Below, piece after piece: positions 27,549 through 37,525 of a stretch of 64,000 nt of DNA. A program made the position numbers and the translations under genes. Position 1 is the stretch's first letter, and each line of letters starts with the position of its first letter. The stretch lies in IMG/VR virus record IMGVR_UViG_3300034122_002094. The stretch is one strand, 5' to 3'. The notes beneath the pieces were generated by a model. The model was given only the letters and a program-made list of their open reading frames with translations. It made no database searches and was not told the DNA's origin. This DNA comes from a virus.

Positions 27549-28223
27549 ATGGACGAGACCGAAGAGAATATCGTGTTCGATGATGACACCCTGGATCTGG
27601 CCGATGGCGATCTCGATGGCAAGCGCTTCAAGCTTGTGGGTGTCCGGCTGCGCCTCGTCGCACAGCTCATCGTGGAAGACACCACGGCTGGCGCCGATGA
27701 CTTCACCCATCATCTTGACGACCGTGTCGTGACGCTCATGACTCACGATCAGATGCTGCCGCTCCATGAGGTCGCCTTCCTCGGCGAGCTGGTCAACGAT
27801 CCCAATATGGGCTTCAAGATCGACACATCGATCCATGATCTGGCTCTGGCCCCCAATAAGAGCCTGAGCGAGCGCGTAAACGAGATCGCTGACTCCTTCG
27901 ATGAGATGGTCGAGATCGACGTGCCTGTGACGGTCGAGTACCACAAGGAGGACGTCTTGACCGTCAAGGTGCCCAAGGGTGCGCTGCTCCGCGCCGCCAA
28001 GGCTGATGTGGATCGCACAGGTGATGAGTCTAACTCCTCATCCATCAACAAGCTCGTGTATGACTACAACGATGTCGAAGATCTGTATGACGCTCAGAAC
28101 ATGCGGATCTCTCCTGACGTGTTCTGCCAGGTCTCACAACCCCGAGCTGTCAAGTCAGTGAGTGATCCCGAGACCAACGAGAAGTTCCACGAGATCACCA
28201 AGCGCAAGGTCAACAAGCGCTGA
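27549..28223 (+). CDS. hypothetical protein
   Basis: ORF in the + strand gene train. Confidence 0.8.
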   Translation: MDETEENIVFDDDTLDLADGDLDGKRFKLVGVRLRLVAQLIVEDTTAGADDFTHHLDDRVVTLMTHDQMLPLHEVAFLGELVNDPNMGFKIDTSIHDLALAPNKSLSERVNEIADSFDEMVEIDVPVTVEYHKEDVLTVKVPKGALLRAAKADVDRTGDESNSSSINKLVYDYNDVEDLYDAQNMRISPDVFCQVSQPRAVKSVSDPETNEKFHEITKRKVNKR

Positions 28224-28281
28224 TCTGTTGTGGTTCAATAGGTGCTGTGATACACTCGCAGCACCTTCTGACCCCATAACA
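28221..28281 (+). other. long intergenic hairpin with internal loops (class A-like position, different sequence)
   Basis: TGTTGTGG/CCATAACA and AGGTGCTGTGA/TCGCAGCACCT between TGA and GGAGG. Confidence 0.65.
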
Positions 28282-28293
28282 AACGGAGGCGTC

Positions 28294-28689
28294 ATGGAGA
28301 CCAAGGTGTGTGAAGTTGAGATCGGTCGCGAGAAGTATGAAGCCTTGTTGGAGGCGTTCAAGACGCCTGCAACAGAATGGCCGAACCACGACTATCTCTC
28401 ACAGTATGATGAGGGCGACATCGTCTGGGATGTCACGGCGACGTTCGATGACGGTTTTGATCTTGATCTGTTCGTGCGTGCGCCCTGTGACTTCGAGGAT
28501 GAAGATCCTGATGAGGTTGCGTGGGGTGAGCTCGTGCTCTGGTCGCCAGGCATGAACGGGGGCGAGATGATCGAGTTGGATTCTGATCAGATCGACGACT
28601 TCAAGGAGCAGGCATACCTGTTCCAGTATGGCGACGTCGTTTACCAGATGACCTTGCGGGTCGTGAATGACCTGCCCGAGGAGGACTGA
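28294..28689 (+). CDS. hypothetical acidic protein
   Basis: GGAGG RBS. Confidence 0.8.
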   Translation: METKVCEVEIGREKYEALLEAFKTPATEWPNHDYLSQYDEGDIVWDVTATFDDGFDLDLFVRAPCDFEDEDPDEVAWGELVLWSPGMNGGEMIELDSDQIDDFKEQAYLFQYGDVVYQMTLRVVNDLPEED

Positions 28690-28690
28690 G

Positions 28691-29509
28691 ATGCAGCTCA
28701 ACATTACCGACAAGCCGCTCAAGGGCAAAGAGATCTGGCTCTGGAGCGATCCGCATCTGTGGCATGGCGCCGATGACGGTAGTACCGGCATCATCAAGAT
28801 GGGCAAGAGGCCATTCTCAAGCCTCGCGCACATGCAGCAGTCGATGATCGAGAACATGCTGGAGCACATGCCAGACAATGCCATCATCATCTGCAATGGC
28901 GACCTGTGCATGGGCAAGAACGACAAGCTCACAGAGTTCTTGTCGAAGTGCCCCTTCCAGATCATCTGTGTTCGTGGCAACCACGATCCAGACCTCCGCG
29001 TCCTGACCATCATGAAGCCTGATGGGACGCTTGAGCATCGCGACCAGACCTACTACCTCAACAAGCCTCTGCTCTTCCCTGACAACTGGAAGGTCTGGTA
29101 TGTTGACAAGCTGTGTCTGCGTGGCCTTGTCTACCAGTCAAGGTCTGGCATGACTGTGAGCCGCATCAACTTTGACCACTATCCAGCCGAGGAGTGGCAC
29201 GGATGTGAGAAGAGTGGCATCCTGTTCCACGGTCATGTTCATCACAACGATCCGGCTGATCGGATGCAGGGACGGTTCAACATCTGCGCTGATGTGGTCG
29301 CAGCCCGACACCGTGATGCCCTGACCGCTCTCGGCGCCGACCTGGCCGATCCTGTCTACCAGTACATGCAGCAGCGCTGCTATGCGCCCTATCCCATCGA
29401 CTACTTCATCACCGCGCTGGAGCTTGACCGTGAGAGCGTGGCGCGGCGTCCGAGTGACCGCTGGCCAAACGGTGGAGTGATCTTCGGTGAGCGAGAAGAC
29501 GAGTCGTAA
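28691..29509 (+). CDS. calcineurin-like metallophosphoesterase
   Basis: SDPHLWH, NGD, GNHD, HYP, HGHVH. Confidence 0.9.
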   Translation: MQLNITDKPLKGKEIWLWSDPHLWHGADDGSTGIIKMGKRPFSSLAHMQQSMIENMLEHMPDNAIIICNGDLCMGKNDKLTEFLSKCPFQIICVRGNHDPDLRVLTIMKPDGTLEHRDQTYYLNKPLLFPDNWKVWYVDKLCLRGLVYQSRSGMTVSRINFDHYPAEEWHGCEKSGILFHGHVHHNDPADRMQGRFNICADVVAARHRDALTALGADLADPVYQYMQQRCYAPYPIDYFITALELDRESVARRPSDRWPNGGVIFGEREDES

Positions 29510-29516
29510 AAACTCG

Positions 29517-29545
29517 TTGCATCAAAATTAGTGCTGCTGTATAAA
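29517..29545 (+). promoter_or_regulatory. class P promoter
   Basis: TTGCAT-17(TAGTG)-TATAAA. Confidence 0.85.
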
Positions 29546-29596
29546 ATATGTATGGCAGCGCTGATGCTTTCCACAACAACAAAATAGAGGCATGTC

Positions 29597-29971
29597 ATGG
29601 GTTTGAGTGATAGAAAAACGGTCGAACATAAGCCTCGTCGGTTTGTATGCACTGGAGAAGGCTTTTTGCTCTGTGCTCGCCCCTACATCGGAGAGCCGGA
29701 TCTTGTTCGCATCCCAGAAGATCGCCCCCGACGCATAAGCGACGAGGTCGGTCGCACTGGAGATCACATCTTTATGATGCTCGTCGGTCAAAAGATCGAT
29801 GCTGAGACTCTACGGCAGCGCGTCATCAAGTATCAAGACGAGTTCAAGATCATCGGTGCTTATTACAAAGGGCACTTTGACCTCGCACTCCAAAGAGCGA
29901 TCGATGAGGGACGAGTGTTCAAGGATGGTGATCTTTATCACCTCGCAGACAAGTACAACCCAAAGAAATAA
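29597..29971 (+). CDS. hypothetical protein
   Basis: GAGG RBS. Confidence 0.75.
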   Translation: MGLSDRKTVEHKPRRFVCTGEGFLLCARPYIGEPDLVRIPEDRPRRISDEVGRTGDHIFMMLVGQKIDAETLRQRVIKYQDEFKIIGAYYKGHFDLALQRAIDEGRVFKDGDLYHLADKYNPKK

Positions 29972-29983
29972 AAGGAGGATCTC

Positions 29984-30322
29984 ATGCCAAAAGTATCAGA
30001 GAATGTAAGACGACTGTCGCGCGACACAGGGCTCTCTCAGGCGATCGTCAAGCGGTTCGAGAAGATCAACCCTGAGACCAAGGCCCTGAACCTGGCGGTC
30101 TACCAGCACTGTGATCCAGAGGGCATTGGCGCGTGTCAGTGTCCCGTCTGTGGCGGTGCTCCTCGCGTGTGCCTTGACATGAACGGGATGCCGATGAAGT
30201 CTCCTGTCAGTCAAGGCACAAGCCCCGAGGCCCATTCTCGGTTCGGTGGCTTGCTCCACAGTCTCGGCGCAAACAGCGCTGTCCTCGCACTTCGCGACCG
30301 CTCACAACGTGACCCACGCTAG
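29984..30322 (+). CDS. hypothetical protein (CPVC)
   Basis: AAGGAGG RBS. Confidence 0.75.
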   Translation: MPKVSENVRRLSRDTGLSQAIVKRFEKINPETKALNLAVYQHCDPEGIGACQCPVCGGAPRVCLDMNGMPMKSPVSQGTSPEAHSRFGGLLHSLGANSAVLALRDRSQRDPR

Positions 30323-30331
30323 GAGATCATC

Positions 30332-30664
30332 ATGTCAATCAAAGTCACGATCAACCTCGTACCCTACTATGATCGTCGGGCGATGAGCGAGTCTGGCAAG
30401 AGCCATTATCTCGACTACCACACCTACGTCAAGCAGGTCGACCAACAGCGCGAGGACTATCTCGCTTCGCTGTGTGAAGAAGAGCGTGAGCTTGTGACTG
30501 GACTGTTCGAGAAGGTGGACGAACAGATCGCCAGCATCGAGCAGTACCTCGCCAAGCTCAAGATGATGCGCCAAGGGTATGAACAGCAGTACCTGCCAGC
30601 GCCAGATAAAACTGCGCCGCTCAAGCGCCCTGTCAAATTTGAGATGGGGAAAGACAATGGCTGA
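30332..30664 (+). CDS. hypothetical protein
   Basis: AGGAG RBS. Confidence 0.8.
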   Translation: MSIKVTINLVPYYDRRAMSESGKSHYLDYHTYVKQVDQQREDYLASLCEEERELVTGLFEKVDEQIASIEQYLAKLKMMRQGYEQQYLPAPDKTAPLKRPVKFEMGKDNG

Positions 30665-30896
30665 ATATATCTTCTTTATCGTATCTGATAAACCTGGCCA
30701 TATGACTCAAGGCCTGACAATTCAGGCTCATAATGATCAAGATGCGATCTCGACGAGGCCTCAGTCTGTCACTGTGGAGAGAAAAGGTGCCGCTGGCGTA
30801 CAACGCGAAGTGGCCCGCATCGATCACCTGCGCCAGGAGATCTGGCAATTCAAGGATGGCGAGGCGCCGCGCTGCGTCTGGACATCCATCCCCTGA
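30657..30896 (+). CDS. hypothetical protein
   Basis: Overlapping start. Confidence 0.65.
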   Translation: MAEYIFFIVSDKPGHMTQGLTIQAHNDQDAISTRPQSVTVERKGAAGVQREVARIDHLRQEIWQFKDGEAPRCVWTSIP

Positions 30897-30920
30897 CATA
30901 TCGCAATCAAGGCAAGCATC

Positions 30921-31712
30921 ATGGCTGACACCAGCAAGCTCAAGCTCGAACTGTACTCCACCAACAACAGCAAGATCCTCAAGGGCGCTGACCGCTACAC
31001 GCCCATCGTCTTGCACCTCGCACCTGCCGACCTGTCTGGTTATAACACCTGTCAGGCTGCGTCTGCTGGCTGCAAGAAGGCCTGTCTCAACACGACGGGC
31101 AACGCCCGCTTTCAGACAGTGCAAGCGGCTCGCGTCCGGCGCACCAAGATGTTGTTCGAGGAGGGTCAGCGGTTCGCGCGCATCGCTCGTCGAGACATCG
31201 ATCGCGCTGCCGAGTACGCCGCAGATCATGGTGACAAGCTCGCTGTGCGCAACAACGGCACCAGCGACTTCCCCTGGCATCAGATGCGACACTATGATGC
31301 GTTCGACGGCATGAGCCTCATCGAGTACATCCACAGCATCGGCGGCATCGTGTACGACTACACCGCCCGCATCCAGTCGCTCAAGTCTGCGCCTTCCTAC
31401 TATCATCTGACGTTCTCCCGCAAGGAGGACAATGATCACAAGGTCGCAGAAGCCATTCAGCTCGGGTTCAACGTCGCAGTGGTCGTCAACAAGGCTCTCA
31501 AGCAGCGGCTGCTCTGCGAGGGCGTCGACGGCTTCCCTGTGATCGATGGTGACATCGACGATCTGAGGTTTGAGGATCGCCAAGGCGCGCTCGTACTGCT
31601 CTCATCCAAGGGTCGCGCGCAGACTGACGACAGTGGCTTCACTATCCAGAAGATGCACCACTTCGACAGCTTCATCCACAACCTATCTCGCAACATCCGA
31701 GGCCTCAAGTGA
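30921..31712 (+). CDS. GP88-family phage protein
   Basis: LAPADLSGYNTC..AS.GC..ACL, RNNGTSD, YDYT, YHLTFS, DGD..DLRF.D. Confidence 0.8.
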   Translation: MADTSKLKLELYSTNNSKILKGADRYTPIVLHLAPADLSGYNTCQAASAGCKKACLNTTGNARFQTVQAARVRRTKMLFEEGQRFARIARRDIDRAAEYAADHGDKLAVRNNGTSDFPWHQMRHYDAFDGMSLIEYIHSIGGIVYDYTARIQSLKSAPSYYHLTFSRKEDNDHKVAEAIQLGFNVAVVVNKALKQRLLCEGVDGFPVIDGDIDDLRFEDRQGALVLLSSKGRAQTDDSGFTIQKMHHFDSFIHNLSRNIRGLK

Positions 31713-32059
31713 ACATCAAGACAATCGTCACCCGTCTGCTGGCCCTCAGGAGCAACGACATCCGCAGGGCCAGCGATGCGCTGGAGCGCATCCGCGTCGT
31801 CACAGCCTTCAAGGCGCATCGCAACAAGCTCGACGCCAAGGAGTTCGAGGATGCGACCAGAGAGCTCCTGTCGGTTGTCTTTGGTCCTGACTGGGAACAT
31901 GCAACCTCAGAGACGGTGCGCCGCATCGCAATGATCGATGGCTACGATGAAAGCGTGGCGGTCATCAGGCTCGACCACTGGGGCGTCAATCTGCACCCGT
32001 CTGTCGGGGCAATCCCTGACTTGACAGAAGAAGCAATGGCCGTCGTCACAGGCGCCTGA
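31709..32059 (+). CDS. hypothetical protein
   Basis: GTGA coupling. Confidence 0.7.
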   Translation: MNIKTIVTRLLALRSNDIRRASDALERIRVVTAFKAHRNKLDAKEFEDATRELLSVVFGPDWEHATSETVRRIAMIDGYDESVAVIRLDHWGVNLHPSVGAIPDLTEEAMAVVTGA

Positions 32060-32075
32060 ACAACTGGAGATCAAA

Positions 32076-32333
32076 ATGTCATCGTTCATCTACGAGCTGT
32101 TCAAGATCTGGAAGCCAGATCTTGACTGGCTGTGCAATGAGACGGCTTACGAGTTCAGCAGCGGCCCCATCTCTATCCGTTGTGAACAACTGCCGGGTCA
32201 TGGTCGCTACAAAACCACCATCGCAGGGCTCCCAGAGAATCCTGATGTATGTGCTGTCGGCGCGAGCTGCTATGAGGCGATCTGCAACGCTATTGAGCTG
32301 GCACAGAAGGCTGTCGAAGACCCAGCAAAATAG
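32076..32333 (+). CDS. hypothetical protein, paralog of 32429
   Basis: W.PDL.WL.NE..Y....G.I...C.QL.GHGRYK..I.G..SCY.A. Confidence 0.85.
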   Translation: MSSFIYELFKIWKPDLDWLCNETAYEFSSGPISIRCEQLPGHGRYKTTIAGLPENPDVCAVGASCYEAICNAIELAQKAVEDPAK

Positions 32334-32339
32334 CGCGGT

Positions 32340-32423
32340 GTATCGAATGTTTTTTGAGACTGTCCCTGATTGCTGATGCAGTTTGTGATAGTCTCAAAAA
32401 TTTGCAGCATGAACCAAAAAGGT
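32340..32423 (+). repeat. class B intergenic element
   Basis: 84 nt; internal inverted repeat TTTTTGAGACTGTC/GATAGTCTCAAAAA. Confidence 0.65.
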
Positions 32424-32428
32424 AAATC

Positions 32429-32707
32429 ATGACTCAAACTATCCTGCCTTTGCTCAAGCGTTGGCGACCCGATCTCCAGTGGCTCGGCAACGAAATCTGC
32501 TATCATTATACTGGCGGCTCGATCAAGGTCGACTGTGTGCAGCTCGCAGGACATGGCCGCTACAAAGCGGTGATTACTGGCGTTGAAGACAGGGCTGAGG
32601 CTGTCGAAAGTATCGGCCCAAGCTGTTACGATGCGGTGCGCAATGCACTCATCGTATCCGGCCTCCATTATGACACCAACGTCGATCACCTCAAGGATTC
32701 AAGATGA
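32429..32707 (+). CDS. hypothetical protein, paralog of 32076
   Basis: Shared motifs with 32076. Confidence 0.85.
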   Translation: MTQTILPLLKRWRPDLQWLGNEICYHYTGGSIKVDCVQLAGHGRYKAVITGVEDRAEAVESIGPSCYDAVRNALIVSGLHYDTNVDHLKDSR

Positions 32708-33315
32708 AGATCACCGAGAACATGGGTAAGGATGAGAAGATGGCACGCGCGTTCATGTACCTTGAGCGCAATGATGGTGTAGGCGATCCGATCTGGGAGG
32801 ACAAGGACTTCGAGCGAGCTGTGTTCGACAACTACCCGTCGCCTCTCATCGAGATCACCGCCAACGCGATGGGAGCGCTCTGCGCCAACCACACAGGCCA
32901 GACTGTTCGTGGCTGGCGCGGCGCGAGCGGCTGGACCAAGATGACTCGGGACATGGTCAAGAAGGCTGAGAACAATGGCTTCAAGCCCTATGAGCCATCT
33001 GAAGACAACACTGTCTGGCCGATCTTGGTCGATGGCCGGTGGGTCGTTGATCCCTACACTCAGCTCATCAATTTTGCCTTCCGCAAAGACTGGCCTCACT
33101 CGCACCTGATCGAGATCCTGCTGCTCCAGATCTGGGACTTGCAGTATCGCTCGCACCTCATGGGCAACTCCGACTCCTGTCGAGAGGCCGCTCAGAAAGC
33201 TGCGACGATGTACAGTGGGTTGATGCCGATCTCAGCGGTCGCGCAAGGTCAAATCGTGACCAACTACAACTTCGGTCGCGACATCGCGCGCAGCATCCTG
33301 TTGCTCGCTGAGTGA
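32704..33315 (+). CDS. hypothetical protein
   Basis: ATGA coupling. Confidence 0.8.
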   Translation: MKITENMGKDEKMARAFMYLERNDGVGDPIWEDKDFERAVFDNYPSPLIEITANAMGALCANHTGQTVRGWRGASGWTKMTRDMVKKAENNGFKPYEPSEDNTVWPILVDGRWVVDPYTQLINFAFRKDWPHSHLIEILLLQIWDLQYRSHLMGNSDSCREAAQKAATMYSGLMPISAVAQGQIVTNYNFGRDIARSILLLAE

Positions 33316-33333
33316 TCGATCTCTAAAATCTCG

Positions 33334-33362
33334 TTGCAAAAATAATAGTGCTCGACGATAAA
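33334..33362 (+). promoter_or_regulatory. class P promoter
   Basis: CTAAAATCTCG-TTGCAA-17(TAGTG)-GATAAA. Confidence 0.8.
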
Positions 33363-33371
33363 GGATAGGCG

Positions 33372-33593
33372 ATGTCTGAAAACACCGCGATGATCAAGAA
33401 AGTTCTGGCTCAGCATCTCAATGACAAAGACACTCCCAAAGAATGGGACATCACTGGAAGCTGCGACCTGTTCAAGGCCGTCAATCAGTGGGAGAGGCTG
33501 TCTGGCATGGTCGCTCGCTCCTATGGCTTCACCGACAAGCCCGGCCAGATCTTCATCAAGTGGATCTGGCCGAACGACAAGAGAGCTCGGTGA
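33372..33593 (+). CDS. hypothetical protein (nearly leaderless mRNA predicted)
   Basis: ATG 9 nt after the -10 box. Confidence 0.7.
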   Translation: MSENTAMIKKVLAQHLNDKDTPKEWDITGSCDLFKAVNQWERLSGMVARSYGFTDKPGQIFIKWIWPNDKRAR

Positions 33594-33604
33594 GCTCCTC
33601 AAGA

Positions 33605-33763
33605 ATGGAGTGGCGGCGAGCTGCTCGCAACTCCTATCTCAAAGAACCGTCAAGATGGCAGCCACTGTGGATTGTGGCTGCCATCTTGTTTCTTTTTGGG
33701 TGCTGTCAGCTAGAATGTTGCCAGCCTCCACCTCACGAGATCGTAACCAGTCGAAACATCTAG
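33605..33763 (+). CDS. small membrane protein
   Basis: Hydrophobic LWIVAAILFLFG; fills the gap between genes. Confidence 0.5.
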   Translation: MEWRRAARNSYLKEPSRWQPLWIVAAILFLFGCCQLECCQPPPHEIVTSRNI

Positions 33764-33770
33764 GATAATC

Positions 33771-34220
33771 ATGAAGCGCTACCTGACCCTGTGGCTGCTC
33801 CTGAGTGCCCTCGGGCCAGGATGCGCCGATCCCTCTTCCGATACGGAGGAGATCCGCTTTCGCCTCGTCAACTACAACTTCAAGTCTGGCTGGATCGAGC
33901 TGCCAGAGCTTGGCACTGGGAGGGTCTACGCTGGCGAGCAGACAGACCTTCTCATGGCTGATGTCTCTGGCTCGACAGTCAAGGTCCACATGGAGCTGTG
34001 TGTCGACGAGGTGTGCTCCAGCGGACAGCCAAGAACCTTCATCGCTGACGTCGAGCTCTCGAAGCTGCGCTCTGGGCCAGGTCTCATCGTGGCTCGCGGT
34101 GCTCTGACCAGCAATCTCAACTCATTCGACGTCTTGATCGATCAGGTAGACCGCGACCAGTGGTGCGATGAGCGTCAAGGCGATCAAGACTATCTCAAGT
34201 ACAGCATCTGCCAGAGGTGA
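33771..34220 (+). CDS. putative lipoprotein or exported protein
   Basis: Signal peptide MKRYLTLWLLLSALGPGC. Confidence 0.7.
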   Translation: MKRYLTLWLLLSALGPGCADPSSDTEEIRFRLVNYNFKSGWIELPELGTGRVYAGEQTDLLMADVSGSTVKVHMELCVDEVCSSGQPRTFIADVELSKLRSGPGLIVARGALTSNLNSFDVLIDQVDRDQWCDERQGDQDYLKYSICQR

Positions 34221-34223
34221 AAG

Positions 34224-35417
34224 ATGTTCGAGAAGCGCATTGGTTGGACGACAGCACCCAAAGACTATGATTATGGCTGCTCCAAAGAGCTGGCTGTTGT
34301 CGAGGTCGATCTTGATGGCAACGGGAGGATCAAGACCTACCGCCAGATCGAGATCGAAGACATCCCTGCGCGGGTGGAGTATCAGATCAGCCGATACTTC
34401 TCGGGCCTGCACGGCTTCATGCAAGAAGATCCCAGACAGCTCGCCGAGGAGTGGGCTGCCATGCGCGCCAAAATCGCGCTGGAGAACAAGGTCTTCAGAG
34501 AGGCTACTCAGAGAAACTCAATTGTTGAGCTGGAGAGCTTGCTTGGTATCGGTGAGCGCCATGAGAGCGGCGTCGTCTTCGAGGGTCTCAACGCCTCCTG
34601 CATCAGGACCAACTTGAAGTCTTTGAAGCTGCGAGAGCGGCTGAACAAAGAAGAGGCTGAGTTCCTGGCTCGCACCGCTGCGGCGAACCTTGGCCCTCAA
34701 GTGATCGTGTTCCAGACACCGGGCAAGCAGGCCGTGCCAAACGAGCTCCTGCATCCTGTGACGACCTTTGTGGAGCCCGACAGGTCTTCCCCAGAGGCGC
34801 TGGAGCAGCACTACCAAGAGCTCAAGAGCGATGAATCCGACTGGTTCGGTGGCAAGAAGGTCCGACCGCTCTTCATGCGCTTGGTGAAGATGCCCGTTGA
34901 TGTCGAGTGGTCGGATCACGGCGACTATCTGCTTGTCAATTTTGATGGCAAGAGCATCAGACTGGATGAGTGGTATGATCTGCTTGACAGCGGCGCCCTG
35001 CTGCCCTATCAAGGGGAAGCGCTGCCCGAGGCTGTGCTCGCCCAGATGGACCTTGCTCTTCAGGGCAAGAGCCGCAACAAGACGGGCCTTGATTGGCTAG
35101 ACTGTGGGCGTGTTACTGTGAAGGGAGAGGTCTACTGGTGTAACATCCGCGACATTCGGTGCCCTTGGTCATCGCATGACAAGTGGGGCTTCTGGTCTGT
35201 CGAAGGCAACTCTCTCACCAAGGTTCGCACTGGATCGAAGCTGCACAAAGAGATCCTGGAGGCGATCTCGCTTGTCCCAAGCTGTGTCGAGTCGATCGGT
35301 CACGTTCTGCTGGGCGATAGACGTCCGCTCAACACTGGCTATCGTCTCAACGCCTGGGACTGGCCCATCGACAGGATCAATCACGTCATCAAGTGGTACG
35401 GCGAGGTTATCCCATGA
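34224..35417 (+). CDS. hypothetical protein
   Basis: GAGGTG RBS; long ORF. Confidence 0.85.
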   Translation: MFEKRIGWTTAPKDYDYGCSKELAVVEVDLDGNGRIKTYRQIEIEDIPARVEYQISRYFSGLHGFMQEDPRQLAEEWAAMRAKIALENKVFREATQRNSIVELESLLGIGERHESGVVFEGLNASCIRTNLKSLKLRERLNKEEAEFLARTAAANLGPQVIVFQTPGKQAVPNELLHPVTTFVEPDRSSPEALEQHYQELKSDESDWFGGKKVRPLFMRLVKMPVDVEWSDHGDYLLVNFDGKSIRLDEWYDLLDSGALLPYQGEALPEAVLAQMDLALQGKSRNKTGLDWLDCGRVTVKGEVYWCNIRDIRCPWSSHDKWGFWSVEGNSLTKVRTGSKLHKEILEAISLVPSCVESIGHVLLGDRRPLNTGYRLNAWDWPIDRINHVIKWYGEVIP

Positions 35418-35581
35418 TCATCATCATCCGCTCAAGTAAGCAGCTCGGCAAGCCCAAGGCGCTCTGGTCAGCCGCTTACATCCAAAAGAAGACAGACGTT
35501 CTCAAGATGAAGATCAGCATCGCAGAAGAACGTCTGGCCTCTCTCTACCGTGAACTCAAAGCACTGGATCAAACACCATGA
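35414..35581 (+). CDS. hypothetical protein
   Basis: ATGA coupling at both ends. Confidence 0.65.
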   Translation: MIIIIRSSKQLGKPKALWSAAYIQKKTDVLKMKISIAEERLASLYRELKALDQTP

Positions 35582-36450
35582 AGATCATCATCCCCGAGAC
35601 CAAACACTTCGTCTTCAGCCTGCACAGTTGCTCCGAGGTCAACTCGAAGTCAGAGCGCTACCTCGCCACCGCGAAGGCTTCGCATGGCAAGAACATCTCA
35701 AAGTATGAGAGGCTCGCCGACTATAAAGTTGAGCTGCTCCCTGTGACACTGAACTATTCGCCTCAGCAGAATGAGCGGAGCGAGCAGTACAAGGTCGGAG
35801 GTAAGATCCGCATTGAACTGGAGGCTGCCCGCGCGCTCGTGACTGGATCGCCATTGTATGGCGTGGTCACTGAGGTCGTGGATCACGTCATCGACTTCAC
35901 GCCGATCGCTGAGACGATCGACAAGATGATGTCGAAGCTGAAGATCCCTGATGGCGTGACTGTGTTGGTCTACCCGTCAGCCTGGTACTTTGACATGAGC
36001 AAGTGGCGCAATGTCGAGCAGCTCCATCGGTTCGATTTTGATATGAACGTCATGTTTGTCTATGAGGACAAAAACGGCGTCGAGCATACCGAGCTCGGGG
36101 CAAAGAACTCTCAGGACAAGATCGAGTTCTCTGGCAGTCTCTCAAGACACAAGACATCTGCGGGAATCCTCGTGTCTCATCAGCTCGGCACGATCACCCA
36201 GAAGATGGTGGACTACTCGCTTCGCAGCATGGAGATGACGAGGGCTGGCTTCATCGAAGGTCTGACACCGAAGCAGGTCGCTGGGCTTGAGAGAAAGCTC
36301 AGCGCAGCTCAGGACAGGGTCAGCGTCATGCTGGAGCAGATCCGTGAGCAGTACCAGGCTCTCTACGGCAAGGCACCGACTAACGAGATCCTGCTGGAGC
36401 TGCTGGGCATCGAGCTGGATGAAGAAGACAGCGAAGACGACCAAGACTGA
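35578..36450 (+). CDS. hypothetical protein, paralog of 36469
   Basis: MKII, KVG.K..LE, KNSQ, GT..QK.VD.SL, LYG.AP shared. Confidence 0.85.
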   Translation: MKIIIPETKHFVFSLHSCSEVNSKSERYLATAKASHGKNISKYERLADYKVELLPVTLNYSPQQNERSEQYKVGGKIRIELEAARALVTGSPLYGVVTEVVDHVIDFTPIAETIDKMMSKLKIPDGVTVLVYPSAWYFDMSKWRNVEQLHRFDFDMNVMFVYEDKNGVEHTELGAKNSQDKIEFSGSLSRHKTSAGILVSHQLGTITQKMVDYSLRSMEMTRAGFIEGLTPKQVAGLERKLSAAQDRVSVMLEQIREQYQALYGKAPTNEILLELLGIELDEEDSEDDQD

Positions 36451-36468
36451 TAAACTGAAGGAGCACCT

Positions 36469-37332
36469 ATGAAGATCATCGTAAACAGCGTTGCCACCAA
36501 CTTCACGTTCCTGTTCGCTCACCCACCGACTGATCGCTGGTCGCCGCCCATGACCCTCGATGCAGAAGAGATCGAGACAGTCAAGAAGTGGAATCAGGAG
36601 TTTATGCAGACGCTGCGGAAGATCTCTCGCGTCGATCTGAGGCCCCTCTCCAAAGAGTTCTCAGTGATCGGCAGGCCAGGGACAAGATGCTCCACGGCCA
36701 AGGTGGGAGCCAAGTTCGAGCTTGAAGGTGCTGGCGAGCAAAAATACGACATGGGAGCTCGCCAGGTCGAACTGATCGCTCGCCATGAGATGACGCTCGA
36801 TCTGACGCCACTCTACCAGTACCTCGAAGAGCTGTTTGCCAGTATCGTGTTGCCAGAAGGTGTCAGACCGCTTGTAATGTTTGAGCGCGATCCCTTTGAT
36901 AGCTACAAGATCATCGATCAGATCTGCAATAACAATGGCGTCAGGGGCTGCCATGAGCCTTTGTTGTTGTTCTATCTCTCCGAGAAAGATGGGCGAGCGG
37001 TGGCTGTCAGAGCGATGAAGAACTCACAGAACCCTGTGAAGCTCGTCTGTTCGGTAAACAGTGGCGCCGATGAGGATTCTATCAAGATGACGATGCCATC
37101 GAATGGTACGTTGTCACAGAAAGGCGTCGATCTCTCGCTCAAGCCGCTGGCCTCGTTCTTTCAAGGCTTTGCTCAGGGGCTCGATCCTCACTCGATCGAG
37201 CGCATCAAGAAACAGTACGAGGCTTCCAGGCAAGCCTATATCGAAGCTCACAAAAATCTCTATGGAACAGCTCCTGAGGCTCTGACAAGTCAGGCGTCTG
37301 AGCCTCATGATGATGAAGCTGACGATGAATAA
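36469..37332 (+). CDS. hypothetical protein, paralog of 35578
   Basis: AAGGAG RBS; shared motifs. Confidence 0.85.
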   Translation: MKIIVNSVATNFTFLFAHPPTDRWSPPMTLDAEEIETVKKWNQEFMQTLRKISRVDLRPLSKEFSVIGRPGTRCSTAKVGAKFELEGAGEQKYDMGARQVELIARHEMTLDLTPLYQYLEELFASIVLPEGVRPLVMFERDPFDSYKIIDQICNNNGVRGCHEPLLLFYLSEKDGRAVAVRAMKNSQNPVKLVCSVNSGADEDSIKMTMPSNGTLSQKGVDLSLKPLASFFQGFAQGLDPHSIERIKKQYEASRQAYIEAHKNLYGTAPEALTSQASEPHDDEADDE

Positions 37333-37525
37333 CACCCTGACGAGACCCGAGCGCAAGATGCTGCGCTCGGAGAAGAAGCGAGCAGGAGCTGAGCGGCGCG
37401 CTGAACGACTTGAGATCGAGGTTGCCTCACTCAAGGAACAGCTCGAAGCCGCTCAGCGCAAGATCAAACAACTTGAATGGGAGGTCCACAACCTGGAGTT
37501 CCCACCAGAGCCGGAGAGATGGTGA
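37325..37525 (+). CDS. hypothetical coiled-coil protein
   Basis: Overlapping start. Confidence 0.7.
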   Translation: MNNTLTRPERKMLRSEKKRAGAERRAERLEIEVASLKEQLEAAQRKIKQLEWEVHNLEFPPEPERW

